Below, one piece after another: positions 37,861 to 62,269 of a stretch of 64,000 nt of DNA. The notes beneath the pieces are model-generated. The model did not search any database. It saw nothing but the letters and a program-made list of their open reading frames with translations, and was not told the origin of the DNA. Location of the stretch: contig CM119266.1 of the NCBI GenBank assembly GCA_051294375.1, forward strand, positions 6,899,431 through 6,963,430, given 5' to 3'. The DNA comes from Paraspadella gotoi. Its lineage: Eukaryota; Animalia; Chaetognatha. The position numbers were made by a program, and so were the translations under genes. The stretch's first letter is position 1, and each line of letters starts with the position of its first letter.

Positions 37861-39631
37861 ATGTCGAATCAACACAATCAAGTAAGCGTTGCACAATTGC
37901 ACATTGTTTAACTGGAACATAATTCGACTTAATATACATTCGTTAGTAAAAATTATTTTCTTTTTTTCCTCACATCACTCCTTTTTCCTCTCTTCCAGCT
38001 CCCTTCCTCCCGTATTCCCCCACCCCCTCCCCCCGAACGAATCCCGCGTCCCCCTCTCCACCACCCCAGGGGATTTCCAGGTTTCCCCGGGGGACGACAA
38101 ATTCCCCTGGGGGAACTTCAAGAGAGACTCAAGGAAAGGTTTTCCTTCTCGCGACAGGAGAACGAAGATTTCGTGGGAAGCACCGGCATTATCGTCGGTG
38201 AGTTGATGGACTCTGTCTCTCTTGCTATTTCTTTCTCTCTCTCTCTTTTCTCTCTCTCTCTCTCTCCTCTCTCTCTCCTCTCTCTCCCCTTTCTCTCTCT
38301 CTCTCTCAAACATTAATTTCGTGGAAGACACGGACATTATGTCGGTGGGTTGGATGACTCTGTCTCTCTTGCTATTTCTTTCTCTCTCTCTCTTTTGCTC
38401 TCTCTCTCTCTCTCTCTCTCCTTCTCTCTCTCTCTCTCTCTCTCTCTCCCTTTCTCTCTCTCTCTCTCAAACATTATTTCTTTTTATTCCATGCAGGCAG
38501 CTTACTGTGGAAAAGACGCCCAACTCGAGTCTCTCATAGAGAAAATTGCCAAAGGAACTAACCCTGACGGCGGCGGCGGCGGCGGCGGCGGCGAGGACGG
38601 CAGAAGCAGAGTCGTCAATGAGCTGAACAAACGCAATCGCTTTGGATGCACGGCACTGAGACTCGCTGCCACGAGTAAGTATAGTTAATTCAACCCTGAG
38701 CAAATCCTTACCCCAATTTCTTAACTCACCCTTGATACTCAACAGCCGGTCAACCCCTCTGCCTGACCCGCATCATCAACGAAGGCGCGGACGTCGACAT
38801 CAGCGATGTCAAAGCGCAGACGCCGCTCTTTGTCGCCATTGCCAACAACCATCTGCAATGCGCTGAGATTCTGCTCAAGGCTGGTGAGTTTGCAATGACT
38901 CAATTAATGACAATCTGTCATAAGATTTTGATCAAGGCTGGACAGTTTGAGCCGAGCTTCAATCCGCAACTGCAAATGATTTTTTTTTTTTCTAGCAGAA
39001 ATCAACATAATGTCTGGCACGTATAGTGCTTTGAAATGATTGCAACAAGTCCGATATTTTAGTTTGGCTTCATTTACTTTCTCATCACCCTTTGCCCCTT
39101 TAGGAGCGCACCCAGACGGAAATCCCGACAACCTGAGCACTCCTCTCTACATGTGCGCCAACGCGGGTTGGCTTGAAGGACTTGAGGTGAGATAAGTTGA
39201 ATCATTCGTTGTCGTCGTTGTTTAGTATAATACTTATTTAATATATGTTAACTTTATGCCACTATTTTCCAAGAACGATCAATTTTTATGCTTTAAACCT
39301 AAAAATTAACTTATTTCAGAATTTAAACGCTTTTCCGAAAATTTATCCTAGAAAAAGAAGCAAAAATATAATCGTTGTTATCCTTGCGCTTCACTTTTTC
39401 ATATCAATCACGTTTTTTTCCGATTAAACTAACTCTTTTTTTTTCAGCTCCTCATCCGCTGGGGCGCCTCCCTGAATCGCCCCCCTTACCACCACGCCAC
39501 TTTCCTCACCTCCCCGCTGCACATCGCCCTCGCCTACGGCAACCGCCATTGCTTCGAGGCGCTGCTGCTGGCCGGGGCGGATCCTGATCACTGCTGCGGC
39601 GGGCGACACCGAAGATGGTGGGGGTGAGGAG

Positions 39632-39723
<92 letters not shown>

Positions 39724-40690
39724 GTTTTTTTTTCACTTTGGCGAAGGAATGATAAAATTTGCGAATATGATATTTATTACTATTTAAGTTCACAACCAGC
39801 TCAACTTCTCATCCTCCTTCAAATTTCCCAAAGACATCCCCACCACCCCGTCGAACCAACGCGTCCGCCCGCTCCGTCCTCCGTCGCGCGGCGGCCTGGC
39901 GCAGCTTCCGCTCTACCACGTGGCGCGGCGCCACGGTCGCGGGGCCGACTACCTGCGCCTTTTGTTCGAATTCGGGGCGGACCCTTGGTCGAGGGACGAG
40001 GACGGGGCGACGGCGTTGGAGGCGAGAGGCTACGAGCAAGAGGGCGAAGTGGAAATTAGACCGGAGGAATTTTTGAGGAAAATAATGGGTCAGTATAGAG
40101 TTTAGGATTTATAGTACGGTGTGGTTAAGAAAACAAAATCAAAATCTTAAAATTACTGGATTAAAAAAAAAAAATTGTTCGCAATATAATTTGTTTGCTT
40201 TTAACAGTTCTTTACCATTACTTTACCTTATTTTTCTTTAACATTTTAACTTTTCTTTTTTTTAAACTTTTTTTTTCCAGTTTTATTTTAATTCTTTATC
40301 GTTTTACAAATTTTCTGGATCTTTTATCAAGACATCGATCCCATTTCTCACTCAACAGTCTTCACTCGTACACCTTTCACCTTTGTATTTGTAATTTCTC
40401 AAGGAAAGATTAAGTAATCCTTTGTGATGACATCTAATCATCAACTAAAATCTTCCCCTCCCCGTTCGCCAGCCGCCCCCCGTTCCCTGATGTCCCTCTG
40501 CCGGCTGAAGATCCGCTCCAGCGTCCTCGGTCCGGATCGGCTCCACCGGCTTCACCGCCTCGCCGGCGTTCTCCCCCCGCTGCTCCTAGATTACATCCGC
40601 TACAATCAGAGTAGCGACGTCGTCACGCGGTACGACGGCGACGCCGGAGAGAAGGGCGCCGCGGTTTTAAGGGGCGCCGCATCAGTTTAA
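37861..40690 (+). CDS. Ankyrin repeat and SOCS box protein, ASB1/ASB12-like
   Basis: Exons 37861-37881, 38081-38197, 38497-38674, 38746-38883 (GADVDISDVKAQTPLFVA, ASB1/12-type), 39104-39186, 39448-39616, 39834-40088, 40473-40690 (SOCS box PRSLMSLCRLKIR...LPPLLLDYI). One 1-nt indel near 39600 is implied. Confidence 0.88.
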
Positions 40691-41544
40691 AGCGTCAATC
40701 CGCGTTAATGTCATTTAATGTTAAACGTTGGGTCAATTTATTCTGTATTTTGGGGGAAATTCTTCTCTGTTCGGTCTGATTGCACATGTATGACTTTCCT
40801 CATACAATTCCCTATTATCGTTTCTGCCTTTTGGTTCAAAAATAAAAGTTCCGTATTAAATATTATTTTTACTTTTAGTAATACTAGAAGAAATTGTTAC
40901 GAGAATCGTTAAGTAAATATTTACAAATGTTTGAGCAAATCCTTTGGCAAATCCTCTCGAATCACAACAGTCGACATCAGGACCAGCCCGTTGCGTGTTT
41001 TTAGAAAGTCCCATTGTTTCCCGGGCAAACGATGGATAAATAATTAAATATATTTTTGTTCCCATTTAAAAAAACAAAAAAAATTTAAGGGTGTTATATT
41101 ATAAACTTAAAGTTATTAAATCAAGCTTTAAAATGAAATTAAACAAGGTTTCATCAAAGCATTAGTTATCTTGTCATTTTTCTTCATCCTCATACGAACT
41201 TGTAAATTGTCTCATTCTTCTCCTGCATTTCTTTCTTGTGATTTCCTTTTCCGCCGTCTTCGACATTCAGCTCTCCGCTTTTCCCTCCTTAACCCTTAAC
41301 CCCTAACTCCTAACCCTTAACCCTCCTATAATTTACTCCGTTCCTTCCTTCCCTACTCCATCAACCTCCTCCTCATATCAAATCATTTCATCTTCCTCCT
41401 CATACTTATCCTCGACTCATCCTCCTCCTCATCTCATCTTCCTCCTCATCTCATCCTCATCTCATATTCCTCCTCGACTCATCCTCCTCCTCGAGTCATC
41501 CTCCTCTTCATCTCATCTTCTTCCTCATCCTCATCTCATCCTCC

Positions 41545-44500
41545 TCATCTCATCTTCCTCCTCATCTCATCTTCCTCCTCAACTTGGTAGAAACGACTCC
41601 GCCGGGTCGATTCACGTTCTTCGTGTTCGTCGTCGCCGCCGTCTTCCTCGCCTGTTTCCCAGGCGCCGACCGCCTGATCATCGACTGAGTGGCCATCGAC
41701 TGTGGTCCCGATTGATGTCGCGGCGTCGCCTGTCGAAGATGAGGACTGATTGACTCGATTCAGAGCTCGCATTTCTTTTTTCCTCCTTTCCGTACGAATA
41801 TTTTTGGTCTATGTATTAAATTTATTTAATTAATCGAGAATTTCAACTTCTGAGCTGCGAAAAGAACTATTCTTTTCGTTGCCCTCTTAGTTATGTACAT
41901 TTTTATCTCTTTCCCACAATAAAAAAAAAATCCTTTGATCATAAACACTAAATCCAGATTCTCTCTAAACAACTCATTCACGATTCCTAATCCACAAAGA
42001 GAGATTTACTCCCTTTTCCCTCCTACTAGTACTGCCTCACTCATCATTATTAACAGCAACCCTCAACCTCCTCTCTCTCTCTCAGTGTCTCCCTCTTTCC
42101 AACCCCCTCGCCTGCGACGCCGTGTATCCCGACTCCTCGTCGGCGGATTCTCCCGCCGGGCGTCTTCCCCCTCGATGATAATATCTGCCGATCTGTCGAT
42201 CCTCGTCGTTGATGAAAGAATCGAGTTCGGACTCAGATTCTGATTCCGACAAATCCGCGAGGACGCGAATCTTCTTGGTCCGGACCTGGAGATGGAGACG
42301 GGGGACATGTAATAATGATATATTATGTATTGTATATAATATATATATATACGGGTCGAATGAGCGAGAAAAATTTCAAGGATCGGGAAGGGATAGCGCG
42401 CGGGGTGGGGCATGATAAAGTAAGAAGTTGTCACAATTGGTTGCAGACTTCGAAATACAAAAACCCTCCGTCGTTATCACTGAAAAAATCGCTTCTCCAA
42501 CACTCTCGCCTTTAGTCTAGTTTGAATGGCTGAACCGTCTAAAACCCAAACGAGCGTCACGGGTTCGATCACCGGACAAACGTGACGGAGCTGGTTTAAG
42601 CGCTATAATGAAAAAGACAGCCGAACCTAAATCATAACGTTAAATTGGGATTCGTCGAGTCAATGGCAACAATAATTGAATGCGTGTTTTCTATTAACCA
42701 TAACAGTATAATGTAATAACTGGGAGAAACTGAAAAAAATTGTTATAGTATGAAAGTTACAAGATTACTTGGTTCAACAATATTTTTAAGTACTTTTTTT
42801 TTAACAAAGTTTGATTTTATTTTGCAACGAATTTTATTTTAAAAGAGCAGACATGTTTCGGCTCACAATACGAGCCTTCATCAGCGCACATGAGTTATAT
42901 GAGTTAATCTCTCAAACAACGAAAAAGAAAGGATAATTACCATAAGTACTTTTTTAAAATTTTTATAAATATATTTACACACACAAAATTCATCTTCTCC
43001 ACCTTCGTCGTCTCTAACCTTGTGACAAACGACGCAGAGATTGACGAGTAGCTCGACGAACTCCATGAAGTTGAGGAAGCAGGCGCCGCAGAAGAGGCCC
43101 GCCTGTCCGCCCATCTGAGCGATGAAGAACATCGTCGAATATCCCTCGTCCTCTTTCGTCTCTATCACCTGAGGAGGTCGAGACAGGATTGTGACGGCAG
43201 CCAGATTCTTTGCGATGGAAGAAAGTTGTTTGTTTGTCTATCAAACGCGAGGAAGTTGTTTGTTTGTCTATCAAACGCGATCTGCTCGTCAGCGATGAGA
43301 AGGGGTTGACTTCTTAGGATGCCTTCAGTTTTTCAGCTAAATAAGACGCAATAGGCTGACCCGAGAATAAAATTTTTTAAAGAAATGTCAAAGGAGGCTT
43401 TCCGAATGACGAGCAATCAAAAAACATTTAAGATAAGATTAAGATGATTGTATGCGAAGTCTATGATCGCAATGAATTTCGTCAATCCACAGATCAACAG
43501 AAGAATTCGAACCTAAACTCACCAATAGATATAGAGAGACTGACCGACTTACTCTGAGACCGGACTCGCCTCGAGTTCGCTGACGGAAATCTTGATCTCG
43601 AACATCGATTTCCAATAGATGAACTGGAGCTCCTGCGGATCCTTGTCGAATTCGAAGATTTCGATCTTCGAGTAAGTCTTCACAATGTCGAAGGTGAGTA
43701 AACCTCAGAGAAAAAAAACGGTTGCTTTTGTTGCTGTTGTTGTTATTGTTGTGGTTTGTTGTTAAAAAAACGGTTGCTTTTGTTGCTGTTGTTTTTATTG
43801 TTGTGGTTTGTTGTTAAAAAAAAACGGTTGAGATCGAATTTGTGGATAAAACTGAGCGAACAAGGAGACTTCCCTCACCATGTTTGTAAAACTGTCCAAG
43901 TATGGCCTCCAACATCGCTCCGCAAATCTTGAAGGCCTTGTCCAATTTGACCTTCTTGCCGGGACCGAAAAGGGTTTGCAGGAGGGAACAGCCTTTCCCC
44001 GTCGCGTTGTTGCAATTGGGATAAGGGTACACGTATCTGCCCTTTCCCGAATTTGGGGAAAGAGGAGCTCGTCAACTTTTACCAAATCATGCCGATATGC
44101 GGACGAGGGAAAATATGGACAATTGGACAATGGACATGCCAACCAGACAAAAATAATAAACGAACAACAAGGATGATCTGATGAAGCAAGAACACAAGAC
44201 TAACGAAAAATTACCGAAAATTATCTAATAATAAAAATTTGCGCAAAAAAAAAAAAAAAACCAAAGCAAAAAACAAAAAACGAAAGAAAATAAGGAGGGA
44301 CCTCGGCACGAGACGATTAAGTAGATAGAGGATGGTGAAAGCGGGGCATCCGTCGAAGATATTGGGCGAAAAGAAGAAGCCGACCGGAGAATCGGCCCGG
44401 TTGAATCCAGGGTAGACCATCTCCGATCTATCCGTGGGATACTCTTCTGATTTCCAAAGCTGGGTATCAGATTGACTCACTTTTAACTTACCATTTATCA

Positions 44501-47074
44501 CCAATTCTTGACCCACTAATGACTCCCCAATGTTCCATCGGCAACCCATCATGAACAAAACCATCTACGAAACATCTGACCCACCAACGACCAACCGGTG
44601 GGCAATTCTTTTTATTCTCTTTGTGCAAATCCTTCTTTAAGGCCTCCATGGCGCATGCTAGTCTCTTGGGTTTGAGGCAAATCGGAAATTTGGATTCGTC
44701 CATGTAATGCTGCAAAGGACTCACGTAGTAGAGGCACCCACAGTTCTTCTTAATCGCTTGCCATCTGACGAGAAAAAAAAAAAGAGTTGTGCCGTATTTC
44801 TGAATTCATTTGCATATTTCAAAAAATAATTTATCTTTCGTTTCCGAGTGATCTCCTAGCGCTAGCCTGTTCGTCTGCAAGCAGCACTCGTTATCCATGA
44901 TGAACTTGTGCTTGGCGGCCAAGGGAAAGACTTTGTAGAGCCTTTTGTTGAGAGTCTTGGCCGTGATGCAGTGGGGTTCGGGACAATGTTTCTTCTTGTA
45001 GGCCAGGACGTTGGGTTTCTCGTCCCGACAGAGTTTTTTTGTAGTGAACTTCAAACGAACTGAGGGAAAAATTACAAATTTTGAAGATTCAGAAAACAAA
45101 GGGAATTTTTAGGCCACCAAGCCAAAGATCGACGATCAAAAACAATAGTTTTTAACCGTTTTTTTCGAAAAACCTAATATTCAAATTTATTTTAGAACTT
45201 TTACAGGACTTTTCATGAAATCTTCCTTATTCAAACTCGCCTTGGGTCTGTCTGCCCGCCTTGCAGTTGAAGGCGGAGCTAAAGTAGTCGAGTTGCGGCA
45301 TGGTCGGACATGGTGAGGAAAAAGCGACTCTTACGCCGGACTCGGCGTTCACCATCGGAAAGTGATCGTTTTGGTTAATGCCGGCGACGATTCGGAGGGT
45401 CACGCTCTTGTCCTTGCCGGTTATCTGCCATTGTAATAATAAATACATAGTAGTATACAAAATATACAGTATAAGTTTCATTAAAAGACAATGCCCATAA
45501 AGATAGTAATAATGATGAATTTGAAAAATTTAATCTCTTTCGAAATTCTGTAATATCAATTTCATAATTTCGTGTCAAAATCTCTTTACGTTAACCTTCC
45601 TTACCTTTAAATCCAAAAGCGCATCTCAATTAAATATCTGTCCCGTCACAAAGATATCGAAAGCGACCTTGAAATTGTTGCACGAAGTCTTCTTGGCCCG
45701 TGAGTCTTTGAGAGAGAAGCAAGTGCCGGCGAAGGGGGTCTCGAACTTCCTCCAGTACTTTGGCCCCCAACAGTTGGTGCCTCCCAATTCGCAGTCGATG
45801 ATCAAGTTTTTGAAATCGCTGAGAGGTCGGCGGAGGGAATGGCGGTGGAGGCGGGGGGGAGAGAGGTTTAGCAGGGTGGCGAAGGAATCGGAATATATCG
45901 GACATCGGTCAGTCGGGAAAAATGCTAATAATAGACTCTGGTAACGGCCAAAACAAAAATTACACAAAAAAGAGCGGGAAAGATATCATAGGGCACCGCA
46001 TCTCTTCCTCTCCTCAAGGTGTTTTTTAATTTTTATTTTTTTAACGGAGAATTAGATCGCCGTACGACTTAGTATCTTTCCACAATCCTCATCTCTTCGT
46101 TCTCCATCATTCCCGCCTTTGCTAACCTTCAATAATCAATAATAAACATTAAACAAAACCAACAGACAACAACTTTCCCCCCCCCTTCTCCCCGCCAAAC
46201 CTGGGGACGTAAGCTTCGATCTTTTTGCTTGAGAGAATCGAAGTGTAGATTTGATAGAGAAATCGGATCCTGTCGTCGATCGCCATGTGACCGGAAATGT
46301 ATTCCGACCCCTTAGTTTTGTAGGGCTGCATGGAGCATTGGTCTCTGGTGAAGATTAGCCCACAGGGGATTCGTTCCACGCAGTTCTGTCGATTAAGCTG
46401 GGCGGAGGGTGGGAGAGGGAGAGACGTGGGCGGGAAAGAAAAGACCGAGTTTACATATATTTTTTTTTCTCTAATAATAAATAATATTTTTTGAGATATA
46501 TTTCTAAAATGACGGGAGGATTGGGCCCCCATGCAGCGTTGTCCGCCCTCCTCGTGTTCTAATAGCACCCATATTATTCCACCAATGTATGTATAATGAT
46601 TGCACACACTTAGGATTCCGGCCCCTTCGAAAGGTAATAGCAGGAAAGTTCACAAGTAAAAAAAAAACGAGTTTGAATAAAAAGAGAATCAGAGATTAAT
46701 CACAGTTGCACCAAAAATGATAAAATAATTAATTCATTTATTATTATTTTTTTATCTCCCCCCGCCTCCCAATGTTTTTCTCTCAACCTCGTTCTCGGGA
46801 TTTTTCCGAATACATTGAGCGATGATCTGATTGTAGTACTCGGCCTGTCGAAGAAGCAGCGCCAGCCACTCTTCCGCCTCCGTGAAGGAGTTCGTGTTGG
46901 GGAAAGGCTCGCCCGGTCTGCCCACTCGACGCTGCGCTCGTTGAAAGCGATCGCTAGCTTTGAGTTTTCCGAACGAGAGGAAGTTCACGTCGCAGAGGGT
47001 CACCTGGCGGAGGAGTATGAAAAAACAGAAGAACTTTTTTTTACGAAACAAGTACAAATGTTAAAAACAGTTGA

Positions 47075-47158
<84 letters not shown>

Positions 47159-47598
47159 AAAAAAGAAAAGGAAAAGGAAAAGGAAAAGGAAAATAAAATA
47201 GTTACCAACAATTAAAAACAAGCTAAAACTGTAAAGGAAAGTTAGAAAATAAGGTCTCCCTTGACCTGAGGCAGAGTAAGCGAAGTCTTTTTGGCGATCT
47301 TTTTGTCAACGATGATGTCCTTGTTGGCCGTGTACCGAATGCCCAGTTGGACCAGCTGGTAAAAGGTGAGACAAAGAGCGAGAATGACCAGGAGAAACCA
47401 CAAGATACGCAGGACGAAGAACTTGGCCTTGAAGATTCGCTCGAAGCCGACGATGTGGGTGAAGCAGCTGAAGTCCTCCACCTCTTTGAGCAGCGCCCGC
47501 CGCAGGAACGTCCGCTCCGCCTGCTGTTGCAGCTGCTCCTTGTCCTTGTCGGCTTCCTCGTCGGTCGGAGCGTCGGCCGCCGACGTCGCCGTCACCAT
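41545..47598 (-). CDS. Degenerin/ENaC (ASIC-like) amiloride-sensitive channel subunit, divergent
   Basis: N-terminus FSCFTHIVGFERIF, TM1 RILWFLLVILALCLTFYQL, then LPQVTLCD, CELGGTNC...FETPFAGTCFS, SGVRVAFS and a Cys-rich thumb. The TM2 exon 43168-43019 reads AQMGGQAGLFCGACFLNFMEFVE. The terminal exon is either 42285-42082 or 41808-41545. Confidence 0.88.
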
Positions 47599-49202
47599 TC
47601 CGTGAGTCGGGAAGAGGAGGAAGAAGGAGATAGAGAAAAAGGAGGAATTGGATGAGGAAGAGGTGGAGGAAGATGAGGAAGAGGTGGAGGAAGAGAGCGA
47701 GAGAGTGTCGATCTCTCGAGAGGGATTCGTGCGTCACGGTCTCTGGCATTCACAGTAGGAATGTTGTTCACAAATAGTTTTAAAAGTATTATTAAAAAAT
47801 GGTTGTCACTTGCTTTTAAATTTGGTTTGTAAGTAGAATTTGTACATCTTTTTTGTAAAACTATAAGCTAAACTGAGTGGGCACGGCCGAACGGTGGTAT
47901 TTGAATGGCTGGCTGCCTGTCCGAAAGGGGCCGGCTTCTGCTACTGGTTAGACTGTTCCAACAAGATATTATTAACTCGAGTTTTCGATGAGGGCGACCG
48001 TCATGCGTAAAAGTCACAATGAAATATCAATTAACTAAATTTACTTTTCGTTTGGTCAAGATCCGCTTAACCTTATTCATTCTCGGAATTCATGAGGACT
48101 TACTCTTACTCTTACTCTTTCAGTCTTAGGCTGTACCGTTAGAATCCAAGAAAAAAGTGGTGTTAGAGGGCAAACTTCGCGGATCCCCTAAGGTGTTTAT
48201 TCCCGACGGTGAGATGTACTACTTTTATATTTTATATGTATTATATATATATATTATATATTTATATATATATATATTATATTATATTGTATTATACATT
48301 TGTACATATGCTAAAGTCTGATTTTTTAATTCGTTTAAATTATATCCATAAAAGCATTTAAAACAGCTCATCAGGTAAGGTCAAATCAGCTAAATAGCAA
48401 TTCAGCTTGCGAGATTAATTGCTTAATTAATTTAGGCTTAGATTGCTAAAATTGTTCACTCAAACAAAGGAAATAGATTTGAAAAAAGTTTAGAATTTCA
48501 AAAACTGTGGAATGACTGTATTTTTCAAATCACAACTCTTACCTCAAGTTTTTGAGGAATTATTTTCTAAAAGTAACATGCTCGTGATCAAATTTTTTGG
48601 TTAACTACCGTTTAAAAGAAAAGTTACAAATAAATTTTACAAAGTTAGACAAAAACTACTAGGGATTGCATTATTAGATAGGAAACGAATATTTTTTTTC
48701 GTTAAAAAATCGGAAATACAGGTAGATGGGCTAAAATTTATTCAACTAAAAAAATAAATTAAAAAAAAAAACAAGACATCTTAATGAGGCAAAAACTAGT
48801 CACTATTCTATAAATTTCAGGAAAATCATCAGGGTTATAGTCGCTGCGCAAACATCGCCTATCACATGTCATTTTCAGCATTTTCATCACCGCTGTCGTT
48901 TACAAAGTTCTCGATGTCTAGGAGATAAAAAAAATTAAAAAAGAATAAAAAAACGGCATCCCCAATGTCAGAAAGACAAAAAGAATAAATCTTTCAACCA
49001 TATTCCAAAATATTTCGTAATTTTTCCTATAAAAAACAAATAAGGGTAAAAAAGTTTCCTTTTCAAATCTCGTAGGTCCCACGACGTCCTCCGTTGACAA
49101 AAAAAACAACAACAATAATTAATGATAGTTAATACATAAAAAAAAAATAAGGAAGAGCATTAGTTTCTGTTTGTGCGGGGGAAACGTGACGTCGCGCCCG
49201 GG

Positions 49203-59481
<10,279 letters not shown>

Positions 59482-62269
59482 CTGGAATCAATCAATTAAT
59501 TAAGAAATCAATCAATCAACTAGGAAATTAATAAATGATTTATCAATCAATCAACTAACTGATAAAAAATAATCTGTATCCATACAGCTCGAGCTGCTGC
59601 CAGACGTCTGACCTGTGTTGTCGGCGATGTTAATACGATGCTCTCCGCGATGAATGTCGGGTAATACGTAGCGGTATCGACCCGTTCGATCTCCCCGCGC
59701 CACCGTTATCTAGGATTTTATGATTACAAATATTGTTCTCTTCACTTTCGCTGGATTAATTAATTAATTAATCGAATAATTTAAAAATAAAGGTAAAATT
59801 GCGGTTAACAACAACAACGAAAAAGACGACGAAGACGATCAAAACAGAAAAAAACTAGATCGTCGAAAGCCGCGATTAATTCAATTCGCACCTAAAATAA
59901 TTGTTTTGGATAATATTTTGCAAAACATAATTGTGTAATATTACCTTAGGTTACGAAAAATAATCAATTGAAAATTTTAAAAAACCTAAACAAACTATAC
60001 GATAACTATACTATCGATAAATAATTTTGGTTGCTACAATATGCAAACGAGATTAAGGGTCTTAATATATATTGAGACGAACCAAAAATCTCTCCGCGAC
60101 AATTGCACGACGACGATCGCAAAATTCGCGTCAAAAACAAAATATAATAAACAAAAAAGGAGGATAACAACAACAACGACTAAAAACTTACTTCGTCCGG
60201 ATTCATTGTCGCGATTTTTTTCTAGATTCACGTCGAAGAAGAAATTTAATTTCGTCTTTGGCCGAGAGAGTCGCTATGAAATTCGAAAAGCCGACGCTTG
60301 GTCATAATTCGGCGTCGCCGGCGTCACTCGGCGCCGCGGCGTCTCCAGTCGGAGCGGGCAGCGTCGCGATGAGGAAGAGGAACAAACATTTTTTTTTCTG
60401 GGAGAATTTAGTCGCGTCTCTAAGAAGTTGAAGCAAAAACATTAATAAATAAATAAAAAAAGTTAATAAAAATGTATTTAGATAAATTGGCATTTAACAC
60501 AAGATTTAACTTAAGATCGTCTCTCTCTCGTTCTCTCTCTCTCTCTCTCTCTCTTCTCTTCTCTCTCTCTCTCTCTCTCTCGCAGTTCCACCCCAACAAA
60601 AATGACCACATTTGGAAAAAGACAATTCTGACAACGAAGACGAAAATGACAAAGACGTCTAAGATTCGAAAAAGACTAAATTAGTCAAAAATAACAAAGA
60701 AACTTCCAGTTACTATTTTTTTGAGGTGAGAATTAATCGATGGATTGCAAATAACCGGTTTTTGCGATTCTTTCCGACATGATTATAATAATTAAAGAAA
60801 AACCTTCAACTTGAAAAATACTTCGTTTTTATCTTGTGGGTGAGAAAATTTTACGAGGACAGTATCCTCAGTACTTATCTAATCCAGTTTAGTAAGTGAA
60901 ATTTAAGAGGTAGGGAAAGGTCAAGGACTTTTCTGACATCTATAATAATGTTGGAAAAGACCATCAAAATGAAAGTCTGGGACATTCGTCATAAATACAA
61001 ATTATCAAGAGATTTTACGATTTTTTTTCATTTTATAAAACATTTTTGTTCACTATTTCAAAATGTAAGATTTCGTTTAAAAATATAATATTTGAAAACA
61101 AAAGACAAAGTTATACGCTCGCCCGCAGTGAGAAAGTTTTCAATTTAGAATCCATTAGTAGTTCCCTGGATAATTGAGATAATGAGGCCTGTGAATAAGG
61201 CGAATCTTGTGAGGTTCGATGATCGCGAGATCACGTGAATTATATTCCTCTCCCAAAAATGTTCATCGAATTCCATAATAACCACAAAAGTTGAAAATAA
61301 AGCAGAAGTCTGCATTCCGGAGAGTCAAACTTGGAGAGAAACAAGAAAAGAGCATTCCGAAAAGCATTCCGAAAAGCAAGAAAGCATTTCGAAAGACTTA
61401 GGCAGGGTCCTCTCGTTTTCCTGTTTATCCTTCGTCTGGATCTTTGAAACGAAATCCGGGACGAAGCAGAAGACAAAGGAAGAAGAAGATAATGTGTTAC
61501 ACGATAGGGAAGGGGAAGAGGAGAGAGAGAGGAAGATGGGCGGTGCTTTTTGGAATACTTTTTTTATCTTTTGACAGATAAAAAAGAAAGAAGACGGAAC
61601 AAGACATGAAACTGTAACGAAATGTTGAGAGAAGTACCTTACTAGCTTTCATTCGATTGAGTGCGACATCTGTGAAACCTACATTATAACTAGCTGGTTT
61701 TCATTATCATAATTTCAGTGACTTCTTTTAGGCTGACATTTAAAATAAAATCAAAGAGGTCATTACCAATGTGAGCACTAGTAATTGCAGCAACAAAAAG
61801 AGAAACAATTATTCTCTCTGTTTTTTTGAGATATTTTACGATGTACGAAATCTTCTGTTACTTGAACAGATAAAAATCAGATCATGGTCAGGAAAAATTA
61901 GAAAAGTCAATAGACAAATTCCAACAAAGCAACAACAACAACACTTTCCCTAACGGTCAGATCCCAGAGACACCACTCGGAAAAAGCCACGTGGGTCATT
62001 CTTGTTTTTTTACCATAGGTCATTAAATTCTAGGCAGCGAAACTGCCTGTTAAATCTAGAAACACACTGTGTTCTCTGATGAGGTTCTGTAGAAATTCAC
62101 GAAATTCTCTGTGGAATTGAAGATGAGAATTTGAAAAAGATGGAGATTGCAACTGTCATAAAGATGACAAAGTGAGCGAAAGTAGATGAGAGGAAGATGA
62201 CTAGTATAATGAGTAGTGCAATAGAAGTAATGAGGCCCTCATCGAGGCGAGTCACGAAATTTAAGCGAC

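Noticed and set aside
38316-38400. Duplicate of the ASB exon 2 end as an alternative exon
   Set aside because: It is a short indel-rich copy embedded in CT microsatellite with no acceptor, so slippage or an assembly artefact.
41288-41325. Interstitial telomere-like (TAACCC) repeats
   Set aside because: Only a few degenerate units within low-complexity sequence.
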